Below, piece by piece: positions 1 to 11,774 of a DNA stretch of 64,000 nt. The stretch is from contig JAVBJX010000004.1 in the NCBI GenBank assembly GCA_031546705.1, positions 1,792-65,791 of the forward strand. Reading direction: 5' to 3'. Below the pieces are notes generated by a model. That model saw only the letters and a list, made by a program, of their open reading frames with translations. It ran no database searches and was not told where the DNA came from. The stretch comes from Bacillales bacterium (GTDB lineage: Bacteria; Bacillota; Bacilli; Bacillales; JAVBJX01). The position numbers and the translations under genes were made by a program. Position 1 is the stretch's first letter, and each line of letters begins with the position of its first letter.

Positions 1-1121
1 TCTTTTTCAATACAATTTTGTAAGGTATTTACAATTGTATTGTATCTATTTGCATTACTAAGCATGTCATCATCAAAAAAATAGAATTTGTTTTTACCTA
101 TCTTTTTCGCTTGATACATGGCAACATCCGCATGTTTAATAAGAGTGTTCTCATCTTGACCATCTAAAGGAAAAGTAGCAATACCGATGCTTGCTGTAGT
201 ATAAATCTTAATTTCTCCTATTTTTATAGGTTCATTCAAAATATCGATTAGTTTTTTTGCTGTTTCTTCAAGTTTTTGCTGTGAGCCAATCTGTATCAGC
301 AGGAATTCATCGCCACCTATTCGGGCACACATATTAATCTCTAAATTTTTATTTGAAAATTTCTTCCCAATTTCGATAAGAAGACTATCACCAATACTAT
401 GTCCAAATTCATCATTCACCGATTTAAAATCATCTAGATCAACAAAAAAAATGCCACCAATACTCCCTTCAGCAAGGTGTTTATGCAATCTTTTTGTAAA
501 TGAAAGCCTATTTGGAAGATTTGTTATAATATCATGATGTGCGAAATAGATTTCTTCTGAATGATTTGTACTGTGTATTTGGACACATGTAAACAGTGTC
601 GTAAAAACAAGGGCTATGACGTGAGTAGAGAACATTGTAACTGGATAATCTGCTATATTAAATATCATTTCAGGTAGAAGAAGATAAGTTATGAAATGAT
701 GAATAGCAAAAAGAATTGACATGAGTAAAACAAGTTTAATTTCTCGATAGAACGCAATTATTCCCACTACGATAAAGAAAGAAAAATGCATTTCAATACC
801 ACCACCACTACTCATTATTGAGATACTAGCGAACGCGAATACACAAGTATTGATAAATGGAATAAGTGGATGATTTTTTTTCTGCACGTATAAAATCAAT
901 GTCCAAATGAATAAAATAATCGGGAGTATTGCAATAATATTAATTACCATATTGGCTTGATGACCAAGTTGTTCCGGTGAAATTATTTCCATATTTATAG
1001 AATGTAGAGATGCTGTATGTAAAAATAAGTTAAAGCCTCGTCCTATTATCTGAACAATAACTGAAATGAGCACAACAACAAATGCAACATAATTCATTAC
1101 TTTATTTCTTTCTGCTAACAT
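1..1121 (-). CDS. Membrane-anchored GGDEF (probably GGDEF-EAL) c-di-GMP signalling protein, first ~373 codons; 3' end lies beyond window start
   Basis: Own reverse-strand translation: ATG at comp(1119-1121) after GAGGATG. Several hydrophobic segments are followed by a GGDEF domain incl. MCARIGGDEFLL (comp ~300-332, in frame). No stop before the window edge, so it is absent from the ORF track. Confidence 0.7.
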   Translation of the reverse strand, partial: MLAERNKVMNYVAFVVVLISVIVQIIGRGFNLFLHTASLHSINMEIISPEQLGHQANMVINIIAILPIILFIWTLILYVQKKNHPLIPFINTCVFAFASISIMSSGGGIEMHFSFFIVVGIIAFYREIKLVLLMSILFAIHHFITYLLLPEMIFNIADYPVTMFSTHVIALVFTTLFTCVQIHSTNHSEEIYFAHHDIITNLPNRLSFTKRLHKHLAEGSIGGIFFVDLDDFKSVNDEFGHSIGDSLLIEIGKKFSNKNLEINMCARIGGDEFLLIQIGSQQKLEETAKKLIDILNEPIKIGEIKIYTTASIGIATFPLDGQDENTLIKHADVAMYQAKKIGKNKFYFFDDDMLSNANRYNTIVNTLQNCIEK

Positions 1122-1510
1122 ATTACCACATCCTCAATTTCAGATATAAATAGTGTATCATAATTTTTGAAAATATAATATATCTTAAAATGAGTACAAT
1201 CACGGCTAACGCATGAAAAATTACAGGAAATTGGAAGTGATGTAAAATCAGTGAAAGGAGCTGATTTTACATAGATGATACAAAAATATTTTGAAAACAT
1301 AACAGATAAAAGATAAGTCCATAAGATAAAACTATATGAAATGCACTTTATTTAGCAAAGTCAATGATTTTTTTATCATCCAGTCTATAAAACTATTCCA
1401 AAAATAATTTCTAAATCATCTCCCTTTTTTTCTCTAAACAAAACGCATATCTCAAAAAATCACTGCATAGGATGGGATGAAACGTTTTATATAGGGAGGG
1501 TTTGCAATCT

Positions 1511-2041
1511 ATGTCTGAATACAGAGAAATTATTACAAAAGCTGTCATTGCTAAAGGTCGAAAGTTTACGCAGTCTACGCATACCGTTTCTGCACCACAC
1601 TGTCCGACAAGTATTTTGGGATGTTGGATTATTAATCATCGTTATGAAGCTCATAAAACCGATCATTGCGTAGAAATTCATGGGAATTATGACGTAAATG
1701 TGTGGTATTCATACAGTGACAACACAAAAACAGAAGTTGTGACGGAAACGGTATCTTATAAAGATGTCATTCATTTAAAATATCGTGAGGATGAGCTTGT
1801 TAGTGATGAGCAAGAAGTAATTGCTCGGGTGTTGCAGCAACCGAATTGCTTAGAGTGTGCGATTATCGAAGGGGAAGACAAGATTGTTGTGCAAGTAGAG
1901 CGAGAATTTATTGTAGAACTTATCGGTGAAACAAAAGTTTGTATTGAAATTTTCCCACATGCATGTGGCGATGATGAAGATTGTGTGGATGAGAACGAAC
2001 TTGAGAATTTGAATCCAGATTTTTTGGAGAAACAGGACTAA
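1511..2041 (+). CDS. cotE: Outer spore coat morphogenetic protein CotE
   Basis: ORF 1502-2041. [19 protein letters not shown].. matches my recollection of B. subtilis CotE from its first residue. ATG 1511 follows GGGAGGG; acidic C-terminus; cotE-mutS-mutL synteny. Confidence 0.9.
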   Translation: MSEYREIITKAVIAKGRKFTQSTHTVSAPHCPTSILGCWIINHRYEAHKTDHCVEIHGNYDVNVWYSYSDNTKTEVVTETVSYKDVIHLKYREDELVSDEQEVIARVLQQPNCLECAIIEGEDKIVVQVEREFIVELIGETKVCIEIFPHACGDDEDCVDENELENLNPDFLEKQD

Positions 2042-2050
2042 TTTTTTTAT

Positions 2051-2104
2051 AGGGTGATTGAATCGTGCAGAAGTTGCATAGATTCAATCACCCTTAAATT
2101 TTTT
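2051..2104 (+). terminator. Rho-independent terminator after cotE
   Basis: Perfect 14-nt stem AGGGTGATTGAATC (2051-2064) / GATTCAATCACCCT (2081-2094), followed by a T-run. Confidence 0.8.
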
Positions 2105-2165
2105 CGATAACCTCACAACAATTTTTCATGTATAATAAGTTGATAGAAAAAAGTGAGGGATTAAT

Positions 2166-4712
2166 ATGTATACACCAATGATTCAACAATATTTAGCGAT
2201 AAAAAAACAATACAAAGATAGTTTTCTTTTCTTCCGACTGGGAGATTTTTACGAAATGTTTTTTGAAGATGCGATTCAAGCATCGCAAGAGTTAGAGATT
2301 ACATTAACAGGTCGTGATGGTGGAAGTAGTGAAAAAATTCCAATGTGTGGCGTGCCACATCATGCCGCTGCAAATTATATTGAGCAACTCGTAGAAAAAG
2401 GATATAAAGTAGCTGTTTGTGAACAGGTAGAAGATCCAAAAGTTGCTAAGGGCGTAGTACGCAGAGAAGTTGTTCAACTCATTACACCAGGAACACTAAT
2501 GGAAGGAAAAACTATTCGTGATAAACAAAATAATTATATCGTAACTATTTCTATTTTTGCAGAGAATACAATTGGTTTTGCTTATACAGATATATCAACT
2601 GGTGAAAATCGGGTGACGATTCTAACAAGACAAGAAGATGTCATGAGTGAATTGTATTCGATCGGAGCAAAAGAAGTTGTTGTAAGTTCCAACTTTCCAA
2701 GTAACTGGTTAAAAAGTTTGCAAGAGCGTTATCATTTTACGGTTTCAATAGAAGATGAAACCGAAGCAACTATGTTTAGTGACATGCTTGCGTGTATTAC
2801 AAAGCCGTATGTAAAAGAAACAATGAGCCGTTTACTTGTATATCTGCATAAAACACAAAAACGTTCTTTAGATCATTTACAAAAACCACACCTTTATTAC
2901 ACAAATGAATTTATGAAAATAGACCTTTTTTCCAAAAGAAACTTAGAGATAACAGAAACAATTCGCTCTAAAGGAAAAAAAGGATCGCTCCTTTGGTTAT
3001 TAGATGAAACGGTAACAGCAATGGGTGGGCGACTGTTAAAACAGTGGTTAGATCGTCCGCTTATTAGTGAAGAAAAAATCGAGAAACGTCACAATATTGT
3101 TTCGATATTTTTAAATGATTATTTTCATCGTCATGAACTACGAGAATTACTAAAAAGTATCTATGACTTAGAAAGATTAGTTGGACGAGTAGCGTTTGGA
3201 AATGTGAATGCCAGGGATTTAATTCAACTAAAAAAATCACTTCAACAAATTCCAATTGTTAAAAATGTGCTTTTAGCCATGGAAACACCAATGCAAAAGA
3301 TTGCTCAAAATATGGACGATTGTTCGGAACTAGTGAATTTATTAGAGCGAGCGATTCAAGATAATCCACCTATCTCAGTAAAAGATGGAAGTATGATTAA
3401 AGACGGTTATAATGAAAAGCTCGATACATTCCGTGATGCCAGTAGAAACGGGAAAACATGGCTTGCAAGTTTAGAACAAAAGGAAAGAGAGCGGACAGGA
3501 ATTAAAACATTAAAAATTGGTTACAATCGTATTTTTGGTTATTATATTGAAGTAACAAAAGCAAATATAAGTGCGTTACCTGAAGGGTTATATGAACGAA
3601 AACAAACACTTGCCAATGCCGAAAGGTACATTACGCCAGAGTTAAAGGAAAAAGAGACGTTAATTTTGGAAGCCGAGGAACGGAGTGTAGAATTAGAATA
3701 CGAAATATTTTTAGCGATTCGTGAGCAAGTAAAAGTATTTATTCCACGTCTGCAAAAATTAGCAACAGTTGTAAGTACATTAGATGTGTTACAGTGTTTT
3801 GCGACTATTAGCGAAGAACGACATTATGTAAAGCCAGAGTTCCAACAAACGAGAGAACTAATTATTGAAGCTGGACGGCATCCAGTCATTGAGAAAGTGC
3901 TTGGAACACAAACGTATGTAGATAATGATTGTTTAATGAATGAATCAAGAGAAGTATTTCTAATTACAGGGCCAAATATGTCTGGAAAAAGTACGTATAT
4001 GCGACAAATTGCCTTGACTGCTATTTTAGCTCAAATTGGTTGCTTTGTTCCTGCAAAACGTGCGGTGTTACCTATGTTTGATCAAGTCTTTACTCGCATT
4101 GGAGCAGCAGATGATTTAGTTTCTGGACAAAGTACATTTATGGTCGAAATGATGGAAGCGAGAAATGCAGTTGTTTATGCGACACAAAATAGTTTAATTT
4201 TATTTGATGAAATTGGACGAGGAACATCTACGTATGATGGAATGGCATTAGCACAGGCAATTATTGAATATGTACACGATCGAATCGGAGCGAAGACGTT
4301 ATTTTCTACACATTATCATGAATTAACCGATTTAGACAAACAACTGTCAAGATTAAAAAATGTTCATGTCAAAGCGGCAGAAGAAAATGGACAAGTTGTT
4401 TTTCTGCATAAAGTAGAAGATGGAGCGGCTGATGAAAGTTATGGTATTCATGTGGCAAAACTTGCTAATATGCCAGAGGAAATTATTTCGAGAGCCAATA
4501 CAATTTTACTAGAGTTAGAAAAAACAGTAACGGAAATCGCTATTTCTACGGAAACACCAAAAGATACAGCAGTTGTTTGTGAACAAATGGCAATGTTTAC
4601 AGATACAACGGAAAAAGAAATTGCTGAAGAGTTACGAAATTTAAATGTATTAGAGATGACACCAATGGACGCAATGAATACACTGTATAAGTTACAAAAG
4701 AAAGCAAGGTAA
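2166..4712 (+). CDS. mutS: DNA mismatch repair protein MutS
   Basis: 848-aa ORF. N-terminal [23 protein letters not shown], Walker [17 protein letters not shown]. Confidence 0.97.
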   Translation: MYTPMIQQYLAIKKQYKDSFLFFRLGDFYEMFFEDAIQASQELEITLTGRDGGSSEKIPMCGVPHHAAANYIEQLVEKGYKVAVCEQVEDPKVAKGVVRREVVQLITPGTLMEGKTIRDKQNNYIVTISIFAENTIGFAYTDISTGENRVTILTRQEDVMSELYSIGAKEVVVSSNFPSNWLKSLQERYHFTVSIEDETEATMFSDMLACITKPYVKETMSRLLVYLHKTQKRSLDHLQKPHLYYTNEFMKIDLFSKRNLEITETIRSKGKKGSLLWLLDETVTAMGGRLLKQWLDRPLISEEKIEKRHNIVSIFLNDYFHRHELRELLKSIYDLERLVGRVAFGNVNARDLIQLKKSLQQIPIVKNVLLAMETPMQKIAQNMDDCSELVNLLERAIQDNPPISVKDGSMIKDGYNEKLDTFRDASRNGKTWLASLEQKERERTGIKTLKIGYNRIFGYYIEVTKANISALPEGLYERKQTLANAERYITPELKEKETLILEAEERSVELEYEIFLAIREQVKVFIPRLQKLATVVSTLDVLQCFATISEERHYVKPEFQQTRELIIEAGRHPVIEKVLGTQTYVDNDCLMNESREVFLITGPNMSGKSTYMRQIALTAILAQIGCFVPAKRAVLPMFDQVFTRIGAADDLVSGQSTFMVEMMEARNAVVYATQNSLILFDEIGRGTSTYDGMALAQAIIEYVHDRIGAKTLFSTHYHELTDLDKQLSRLKNVHVKAAEENGQVVFLHKVEDGAADESYGIHVAKLANMPEEIISRANTILLELEKTVTEIAISTETPKDTAVVCEQMAMFTDTTEKEIAEELRNLNVLEMTPMDAMNTLYKLQKKAR

Positions 4713-4717
4713 ACACA

Positions 4718-6574
4718 ATGGGAAAAATAAAACTACTAACAACAGAACTCGCAAATAAAATTGCCGCTGGAGAAGTTGTGGAACGTCCTGCTTCTGTTGT
4801 CAAAGAATTAGTGGAAAATGCCCTTGATGCGGAAAGCACCATTATTGAAGTGGAACTATTGGAAGCTGGCCTTAAAAAAATTCGAGTGATTGATAACGGA
4901 ACAGGGATGACCAATGAAGATTGTTTGCTTGCTTTTTTGCGGCATGCTACAAGTAAAATTGAAAATGAGCATGATTTGTTTCGAATTCGGACACTTGGAT
5001 TTAGAGGGGAGGCATTACCAAGTATTGCCTCAGTTTCCCATTTTGATTTAAAAACAAGCACGGGTGAAGATGCAGGAACGCATGTCCGATTAGTTGGTGG
5101 CCAAATGGTAATCAATGAAAGAACGAATAGCCGCAAAGGAACAGATATTTCGGTAGAGCAGTTATTTTTTAATACACCTGCTCGCTTAAAGTATATGAAA
5201 ACACTTCATACAGAACTTGGGAATGTGACTGATTATTTAAATCGTATTGCTTTAGCTCATCCACATGTATCATTTAGACTTCTTCACGAAGGAAGAACGA
5301 TTTTTCACACATCGGGGAATGGAAATATTCAACAAGTATTAGCAGGAATTTATGGCGTACCAATTGCTAAGAAAATGATTCCTATTTTGATGGAATCTCT
5401 TGATTTTAGGATTAATGGTTTTCTAACGCTTCCAGAAATTACGAGAAGTTCACGAAATTATATGTCTGTCATGATTAATGGGCGATATGTCAAAAATTAT
5501 CCACTAATGAAAGCAATTGAAGCAGGATATTACACACTGCTTCCGATTGGACGATATCCGATTGTTTTATTACATATTCAAATGGATCCGATTTTAATTG
5601 ATGTCAATGTTCATCCTGCAAAATGGGAAGTACGGATTAGTAAAGAAGCGGCACTTCACCATCTTGTAGAAGCTTCTATTCGTAATGAATTTAAAAAACA
5701 AGTATTGATTCCAGAAGTTACAGCAAGACAACCGAAACCAAAAGTAGATACACAGCAATCATTTTCACTACAACATACACCAAGAGAAACAATTGTTGAA
5801 TCAAAAGAAATAGTTTTTGAACGAAGAGAACAACCGATGTATGTGAAAGAAGAAATGCCAATAGAAGAAATGTGGGAAGTGGAAAGCTTAGTACATTTAT
5901 TAGGGAAAGAACCGATTGCATTTGAACAATTTCAAGATAAACATATAATGGAAAAAATACCCATAGAGAAAGATTCACACACCGTTGAACCAAGAGTACC
6001 AGTTCTTTACCCAATTGGACAAATGCATGGCACATATATACTTGCTCAAAATGAAAATGGCTTATATATTATCGATCAGCACGCTGCACAAGAGAGAATT
6101 TTTTATGAATTTTATCGTGAAAAATTAGGACAAGTAGAAAAAGAACTCCAACAAATGCTTGTACCATTTACGTTTCAATACCCACTCAATGAATATTTAC
6201 TTATTGAACAACATCAACAACTATTAAAAGAGTGTGGTGTATTTTTAGAGCCATTTGGTGAGCATTGTTTTATTGTTCGTTCTCACCCACAATGGTTTCC
6301 AAAGGGAGAAGAAACAACGATTATCGAAGAAATGATTGAACAAGTAGTAAACATAAAAAAAGTAGATATCACAAAACTTCGAGAGTCATCCGCTATTATG
6401 ATGAGTTGTAAAAAATCAATTAAGGCAAATGAGCATTTGCGAAACGATGAGATTTTTGCTTTACTAGAACGATTACGAACAACAAGTGATCCATTTACTT
6501 GTCCACATGGGCGACCAATTATTGTGACGATTTCTACATATGAAATGGAAAAAATGTTTAAACGTGTGATGTAA
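4718..6574 (+). CDS. mutL: DNA mismatch repair endonuclease MutL
   Basis: 618-aa ORF starting 6 nt after mutS. GHKL ATPase N-terminus [28 protein letters not shown]; C-terminal DQHAAQERI and CPHGRP motifs. Confidence 0.97.
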   Translation: MGKIKLLTTELANKIAAGEVVERPASVVKELVENALDAESTIIEVELLEAGLKKIRVIDNGTGMTNEDCLLAFLRHATSKIENEHDLFRIRTLGFRGEALPSIASVSHFDLKTSTGEDAGTHVRLVGGQMVINERTNSRKGTDISVEQLFFNTPARLKYMKTLHTELGNVTDYLNRIALAHPHVSFRLLHEGRTIFHTSGNGNIQQVLAGIYGVPIAKKMIPILMESLDFRINGFLTLPEITRSSRNYMSVMINGRYVKNYPLMKAIEAGYYTLLPIGRYPIVLLHIQMDPILIDVNVHPAKWEVRISKEAALHHLVEASIRNEFKKQVLIPEVTARQPKPKVDTQQSFSLQHTPRETIVESKEIVFERREQPMYVKEEMPIEEMWEVESLVHLLGKEPIAFEQFQDKHIMEKIPIEKDSHTVEPRVPVLYPIGQMHGTYILAQNENGLYIIDQHAAQERIFYEFYREKLGQVEKELQQMLVPFTFQYPLNEYLLIEQHQQLLKECGVFLEPFGEHCFIVRSHPQWFPKGEETTIIEEMIEQVVNIKKVDITKLRESSAIMMSCKKSIKANEHLRNDEIFALLERLRTTSDPFTCPHGRPIIVTISTYEMEKMFKRVM

Positions 6575-6621
6575 GCAAAGTTTGGCTATAATGACAAATA
6601 TGAGGAAAGCAGTGAAGATAC

Positions 6622-7521
6622 ATGGAAAAATTGGTTGTGTTAATTGGACCAACTGCCGTTGGAAAAACAAAACTAAGCATTGAACTAGCCAAGAAATTAA
6701 ATGCAGAAATTATTAGTGGTGATTCGATGCAAATTTACCGAGAAATGGACATTGGCACAGCAAAAATAACAAAAAAAGAAATGGATGGTGTGCCACATCA
6801 TTTAATGGATATTAAAAATTACGATGAATCTTTTTCTGTTGCCGAATTTCAACAGCTAGTAAGAAACCTTATTACAGAAATACACAGGCGTGGGAAAATG
6901 CCAATGATTGTTGGTGGTACAGGGCTTTACATTCAATCCGTATTATATGAATATGAATTTGCTAATGCTCCAAATGATGAAGTATACCGAGAACATTTGG
7001 AACAACTAGCAAAACAAGATGGAGCAAAAGTCTATCAAATGCTTGAGCAAATTGATTTAGAAAGTGCAAAAAGAATTCATCCAAATAATGCTCGTAGAGT
7101 TATTCGAGCGTTAGAAATTTATCATTGTACAAACAAGACAATGACCGAGTGGCAAGAATTACAGACAAAAAAATTATGTTATGATGTTGTTCTAATTGGT
7201 TTAACAATGGATCGTGAAAAGTTATATGAACGTATTAACAAACGAGTAGATTTAATGATAGAACAAGGGCTACTGGATGAAGTAAAGAAATTATATGATA
7301 GAAATTTTTTCGGACAATCCATTCATGCAATTGGTTACAAAGAAATGTACGATTATTTCTCAGGAAAAAGAAGTTTAGAAGAAGCAGTTGAGCAACTAAA
7401 ACAAAATTCTCGTAACTATGCCAAAAGGCAACTAACATGGTTTCGTAATCAGTTACCTGTGCATTGGATAGATGCTGAAAGTACAGAAGAAATTTTTAGA
7501 TATATAGAAGGAAAGATGTAA
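6622..7521 (+). CDS. miaA: tRNA dimethylallyltransferase MiaA
   Basis: P-loop GPTAVGKT, ISGDSMQIYR, GGTGLY motifs; position between mutL and hfq. Confidence 0.95.
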   Translation: MEKLVVLIGPTAVGKTKLSIELAKKLNAEIISGDSMQIYREMDIGTAKITKKEMDGVPHHLMDIKNYDESFSVAEFQQLVRNLITEIHRRGKMPMIVGGTGLYIQSVLYEYEFANAPNDEVYREHLEQLAKQDGAKVYQMLEQIDLESAKRIHPNNARRVIRALEIYHCTNKTMTEWQELQTKKLCYDVVLIGLTMDREKLYERINKRVDLMIEQGLLDEVKKLYDRNFFGQSIHAIGYKEMYDYFSGKRSLEEAVEQLKQNSRNYAKRQLTWFRNQLPVHWIDAESTEEIFRYIEGKM

Positions 7522-7566
7522 ATCAATCACGAATATATGTGAATAGAAAAAAAGAGGAGGATTTGT

Positions 7567-7791
7567 ATGAAAAATACTGTCAATATTCAAGACCAAGTAT
7601 TAAACCAACTTCGCAAAGAAAATATACCTGTGACAGTTTTCTTGACGAGTGGTTTTCAAATGCGTGGACTTGTGAAAGCATTTGATAATTTTACTGTACT
7701 ATTAGAAGCGGAAGGGAAACAACAAATGATTTACAAACATGCTATTTCCACTTTTTCGCCAAGTAAAAACGTAAAGATTGAATCAGAATAG
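7567..7791 (+). CDS. hfq: RNA chaperone Hfq
   Basis: 74 aa. [47 protein letters not shown] closely matches B. subtilis Hfq as I recall it. Confidence 0.97.
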   Translation: MKNTVNIQDQVLNQLRKENIPVTVFLTSGFQMRGLVKAFDNFTVLLEAEGKQQMIYKHAISTFSPSKNVKIESE

Positions 7792-7814
7792 AATATAAAC
7801 GTAGAATTGTTTTT

Positions 7815-7871
7815 AGAGGATGAATTTTTCGGGGTATTTTTGCCCGAAAAGTCATCCTCTCTTCATTTTTT
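7815..7871 (+). terminator. Rho-independent terminator after hfq
   Basis: Long stem AGAGGATGA..TTTTCGGG / CCCGAAAA..TCATCCTCT (7815-7860), then CTTCATTTTTT. Confidence 0.8.
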
Positions 7872-7964
7872 ATTGGAAAGATGAATACAATATAAAAAGA
7901 ATTATTTCTTGGGAAACCGCAAGACTCGACAAAATTCGCATGTGAAATAAAAGAGGTGAGCCTC

Positions 7965-8897
7965 GTGGATCAACCGATGACAATGAGAGATAATGGACAA
8001 ATTAACATTGTTCTAAACGGGCAAGTGAAAAAAATGAAGGTCACGACTACTAAAGAAGTTGTTAATATGAAACATGAAGTCTTACAAGCAATTGAAGAGG
8101 AAATGGATTCTTTAGTTGGTCTAAAAGCAATGAAACAAACGATGCGGGAAATTTACGCCTCTGTTCATATGTATAGAAAGCGTGAAGAATATGGATTAAA
8201 AACACAAAAACAAGCATTACACATGATGTTCAAAGGAAATCCTGGAACTGGAAAAACAACTGTAGCTAGACTTATTGGAAAAATGTTTCAAAAAATGAAT
8301 GTTTTATCCAAGGGACATTTAGTGGAAGCAGAACGAGCCGATTTAGTTGGGGAATATATTGGTCATACTGCACAAAAAACGAGGGAATTGATTAAAAAAG
8401 CAATGGGTGGCGTTTTATTTGTAGATGAAGCATATTCACTCGCTCGTGGTGGGGAAAAAGATTTTGGAAAAGAAGCGATTGATGTATTAGTTCGCCATAT
8501 GGAAAATCATCAGCATGAATTTATTCTCATTTTGGCAGGATATAGCCGAGAAATGGAATATTTTTTATCATTAAATCCAGGGTTAGAATCACGATTTCCA
8601 TTTGTTGTTGATTTCTTAGATTATGGTGTAGAGGAATTAATGGAAATTGCCAATATGCAGTTGTGGGAGAGGGAATATCGGCTTAGTCAAGAAGCGGAAA
8701 CAAAGCTCTTAGAACATCTTCATGGGGTGAAAGAAAAATTAGAGCGAAAACCATTTAGTAATGGGCGTTATGTGCGAAATATTATTGAACAAGCAATTCG
8801 TCATCAAGCAATGCGATTGCTTTCGTATACGACTTTAGATAGATATGAGTTGATGATGATTCGTGGGGAGGATTTGGAGTTTAAATTGAAGGAATGA
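7965..8897 (+). CDS. spoVK: Stage V sporulation AAA+ protein SpoVK
   Basis: ORF 7956-8897. NGQINI.LNG, Walker A GNPGTGKTT, ILILAGY. The track start GTG 7956 sits inside the AAGAGGTGA RBS, so GTG 7965 (or ATG 7977) is more likely; start uncertain. Confidence 0.88.
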   Translation: MDQPMTMRDNGQINIVLNGQVKKMKVTTTKEVVNMKHEVLQAIEEEMDSLVGLKAMKQTMREIYASVHMYRKREEYGLKTQKQALHMMFKGNPGTGKTTVARLIGKMFQKMNVLSKGHLVEAERADLVGEYIGHTAQKTRELIKKAMGGVLFVDEAYSLARGGEKDFGKEAIDVLVRHMENHQHEFILILAGYSREMEYFLSLNPGLESRFPFVVDFLDYGVEELMEIANMQLWEREYRLSQEAETKLLEHLHGVKEKLERKPFSNGRYVRNIIEQAIRHQAMRLLSYTTLDRYELMMIRGEDLEFKLKE

Positions 8898-9150
8898 AAC
8901 TGGTAAAGCTCATTCTATTTCTGTGTAGATATTCCTAAATAAACATTGAAAAAATGGGTCATCTTGATTCGAGATTTTGTCGATGAGGGATGATCTCTTT
9001 ATGAAAGGTTCAAAAACAAATGTTTATATTGCGGAAATATTCTTGTAATTTGATATAATAATCACAGTGAGGATCAGTGGAGAAATATTTAACAGAACGT
9101 CTTTATCTTATCTGAAGATATGGATATAAGAAAATAGGAGAATTATAATC

Positions 9151-10350
9151 ATGCGGAAAAATCCGAAAATTTGGTTATTAGCGATAGGGAATAATATCCC
9201 TAGTTTTTTTACTTATGCGTATAGTTTTACAAGTTTATTATTATTCTATCATTTGACAAACTCGTATATTATTTCAGGAGTTTTTAGTACCGCTTCTATT
9301 ATTGTTTCTCGTATCACAATGATTATCTTAATTCCTTATTGTAAAGGAGTTTCACCAAGAAGATTAGTTATTTCAGGATTAGTAGGATTAATAGGTGTTT
9401 CGTGTATTGGAATAATGTTATATCCCACTAATAAAGATTCAATCTGGTATTTTGGATTGATTCTTTTAAGTTTCAATGTTTTTCAAGAAATATTAGACTC
9501 GTATATACGTCCCTTAATTCCTTTGATAGTACGAAAAGAAGATTTGTTTCAAACAAATAGTTTTATGGGTGTTACTAGGAGTTTTATGTTGATTATTGCT
9601 CCTTTATTTGGGAACTATGTAGCAAATGAAAAAATTAATATATTATATACAGGTATGATATTATTCAGTAGTATAAACATTATTCTATTCTCTAAATCTA
9701 TTTTTAAGCAAGCAATACAAGAAGAGCAAAAAAGTAAAAAATTTATTCAAGAGTGGATGAAATCCATCCAATTGATTAAAGGGAACGCTGAAATCGCTTT
9801 TTGTCTTTTAGTTGCTATTTTAATAAATTTAGCTTTTGCAGGAATGAACACAACAGGTGTGTTAGCCATAGGAAAGGGGAACGATGGAGCAACTTTAATT
9901 AGAATCATGCTTGGATTAGGCTCATTCATTGGTATACTAGCAGTAATGAAAATAAAAACTGAAAATAATTATCAAAAACTCCTAAATATTTCTATGATAG
10001 GTATTCTTATTTCGTTGATAGGCTGTTATTTTTCAGCTTCAACTATTTATATAGAAGCAGTGACTATGTTTTTCTTATTTGCTTTCATTATGTTTGTGAT
10101 GAATGCCACAGGAACAGTTCTGCAATTACTTGTTCCTCAAGAGGAAATACCATCTATCTATGAAATTCGTTCTAGCATTATTGCAATTGTAGTTCCTGTT
10201 TCCACTATTTTAACTGGTTGGATTTTAGAAGTAACCACAGTTTTCGTGTATTTTTTTATCATCTTTATTCTTGTTTTATGTTTAACTGTTATTCGCTTTT
10301 ATTATGTTTATCTTCAACAGACCAATCATTCGAATGACAAAATAATTTAA
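9151..10350 (+). CDS. MFS-type transporter (12-TM-like, substrate unknown)
   Basis: 399-aa very hydrophobic ORF with repeated TM segments; RBS AGGAGAA upstream; TGaTATAAT extended -10 at about 9050. Confidence 0.6.
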   Translation: MRKNPKIWLLAIGNNIPSFFTYAYSFTSLLLFYHLTNSYIISGVFSTASIIVSRITMIILIPYCKGVSPRRLVISGLVGLIGVSCIGIMLYPTNKDSIWYFGLILLSFNVFQEILDSYIRPLIPLIVRKEDLFQTNSFMGVTRSFMLIIAPLFGNYVANEKINILYTGMILFSSINIILFSKSIFKQAIQEEQKSKKFIQEWMKSIQLIKGNAEIAFCLLVAILINLAFAGMNTTGVLAIGKGNDGATLIRIMLGLGSFIGILAVMKIKTENNYQKLLNISMIGILISLIGCYFSASTIYIEAVTMFFLFAFIMFVMNATGTVLQLLVPQEEIPSIYEIRSSIIAIVVPVSTILTGWILEVTTVFVYFFIIFILVLCLTVIRFYYVYLQQTNHSNDKII

Positions 10351-10386
10351 TGAATCAGAAGTAAAATTAGATAGCAAATTATTATA

Positions 10387-10431
10387 AAAGCTTTCTCCCA
10401 TCAGAAAATCTGAAATGGGAAAGCTTTTTTG
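10387..10431 (+). terminator. Rho-independent terminator after MFS gene
   Basis: AAAAGCTTTCTCCCAT / ATGGGAAAGCTTTT stem followed by TTTTTT. Confidence 0.75.
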
Positions 10432-10480
10432 TATTCCTACCATTCCCTAGCCGTTTCTGCTATGATAATGAGAAAGTTTA

Positions 10481-11773
10481 ATGAAAGCAGGTGTCTATTT
10501 GGAAGAAATTATTGATAAAACAAATGAAAAAGTAATCCTTGTTGGCTGTCAGTTACCTAATATAGATGAAGAACGGTTTAACTATTCATTAGAAGAATTA
10601 GCACGTTTGACTTCTACCGCAGATGGTGAAGTAGCGCTGACGGTTACGCAAAAACGGACATCTATTCACCCAGCTACTTATATTGGTAAAGGAAAAGTGG
10701 AAGAACTACAAAATTTACTAGAGGAATTAGATGAGGTAAGTTTAATAATTTTTAATGATGAATTATCTCCTAGCCAAAATCGTAATTTATCAAAAGCATT
10801 TGATGTTCGGATTATTGATCGCACTCAACTTATTTTACATATTTTTGCCAAACGTGCGAGATCAAGAGAGGGGCTTCTTCAAGTCGAACTTGCTCAGCTC
10901 GAATATTTACTTCCACGACTTGCAGGGCAAGGTATTTCCTTATCACGATTAGGTGGAGGAATTGGTACTCGTGGACCGGGCGAAACGAAGTTAGAAACAG
11001 ATCGCAGACATATCCATAAGCGAATTGATGAAATAAAAATCCAACTACAAGCGGTTGTGAAACATCGTTATCAATACCGTGAGCGAAGAAAGAAAAATCT
11101 TGCATTTCAAATTGCCGTTGTTGGCTATACAAATGCAGGGAAATCTACTATTTTTACCAAATTAACGGAACATGATACGTTTGTTGAAAATTTATTATTT
11201 GCGACACTTGATCCACTAACAAAACAACTTGCATTGCCAAGCGGTTTTCAAGTATTAATTACTGACACTGTTGGGTTTATTCAACATTTACCAACGACCG
11301 TAGTTGCGGCTTTTCGCTCCACACTTGAAGAAGTGAAGGAAGCGGATTTAATTTTGCACGTTGTGGATAGTTCAAATTCAGATTTCTACAATCATGAACA
11401 AACAGTCTACGAATTACTTGAGCAGTTGGAAGTGACATCTGTTCCAATTCTTAATGTGTATAATAAAAAGGATAAAGCAATTGATTTTGTACCATCTACT
11501 AAGAATGAATTTATTCAAATTAGTGCATTTGCCAAAAAAGATATTGGGCATTTAAAAGAAATGATTGAATCACAAGTGCTGAAAAAAATGTTACCTTACC
11601 ATATGTTTGTTGACTCAGAAAATGGAAAATTACTAGCAAGGTTAAAAAGCGAAACCATTTTACAATCAATCCAATTTGATGAAGAGCAAGAAATATATGA
11701 ATGTGAAGGGTATATATCAGAAACACATCCATTAGCAACGCAATTATTCCAAAGAAAAAGTGAGGATTTTTAA
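10481..11773 (+). CDS. hflX: GTPase HflX
   Basis: 430 aa. HflX N-domain (..[35 protein letters not shown]), G1 [16 protein letters not shown]. Confidence 0.93.
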   Translation: MKAGVYLEEIIDKTNEKVILVGCQLPNIDEERFNYSLEELARLTSTADGEVALTVTQKRTSIHPATYIGKGKVEELQNLLEELDEVSLIIFNDELSPSQNRNLSKAFDVRIIDRTQLILHIFAKRARSREGLLQVELAQLEYLLPRLAGQGISLSRLGGGIGTRGPGETKLETDRRHIHKRIDEIKIQLQAVVKHRYQYRERRKKNLAFQIAVVGYTNAGKSTIFTKLTEHDTFVENLLFATLDPLTKQLALPSGFQVLITDTVGFIQHLPTTVVAAFRSTLEEVKEADLILHVVDSSNSDFYNHEQTVYELLEQLEVTSVPILNVYNKKDKAIDFVPSTKNEFIQISAFAKKDIGHLKEMIESQVLKKMLPYHMFVDSENGKLLARLKSETILQSIQFDEEQEIYECEGYISETHPLATQLFQRKSEDF

Positions 11774-11774
11774 A

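Noticed and set aside
4597-5136. 179-aa minus-strand ORF spanning the mutS/mutL junction
   Set aside because: It is antisense to two genes with unambiguous MutS and MutL motifs, and its Ser/Thr/Phe-rich product has low complexity.
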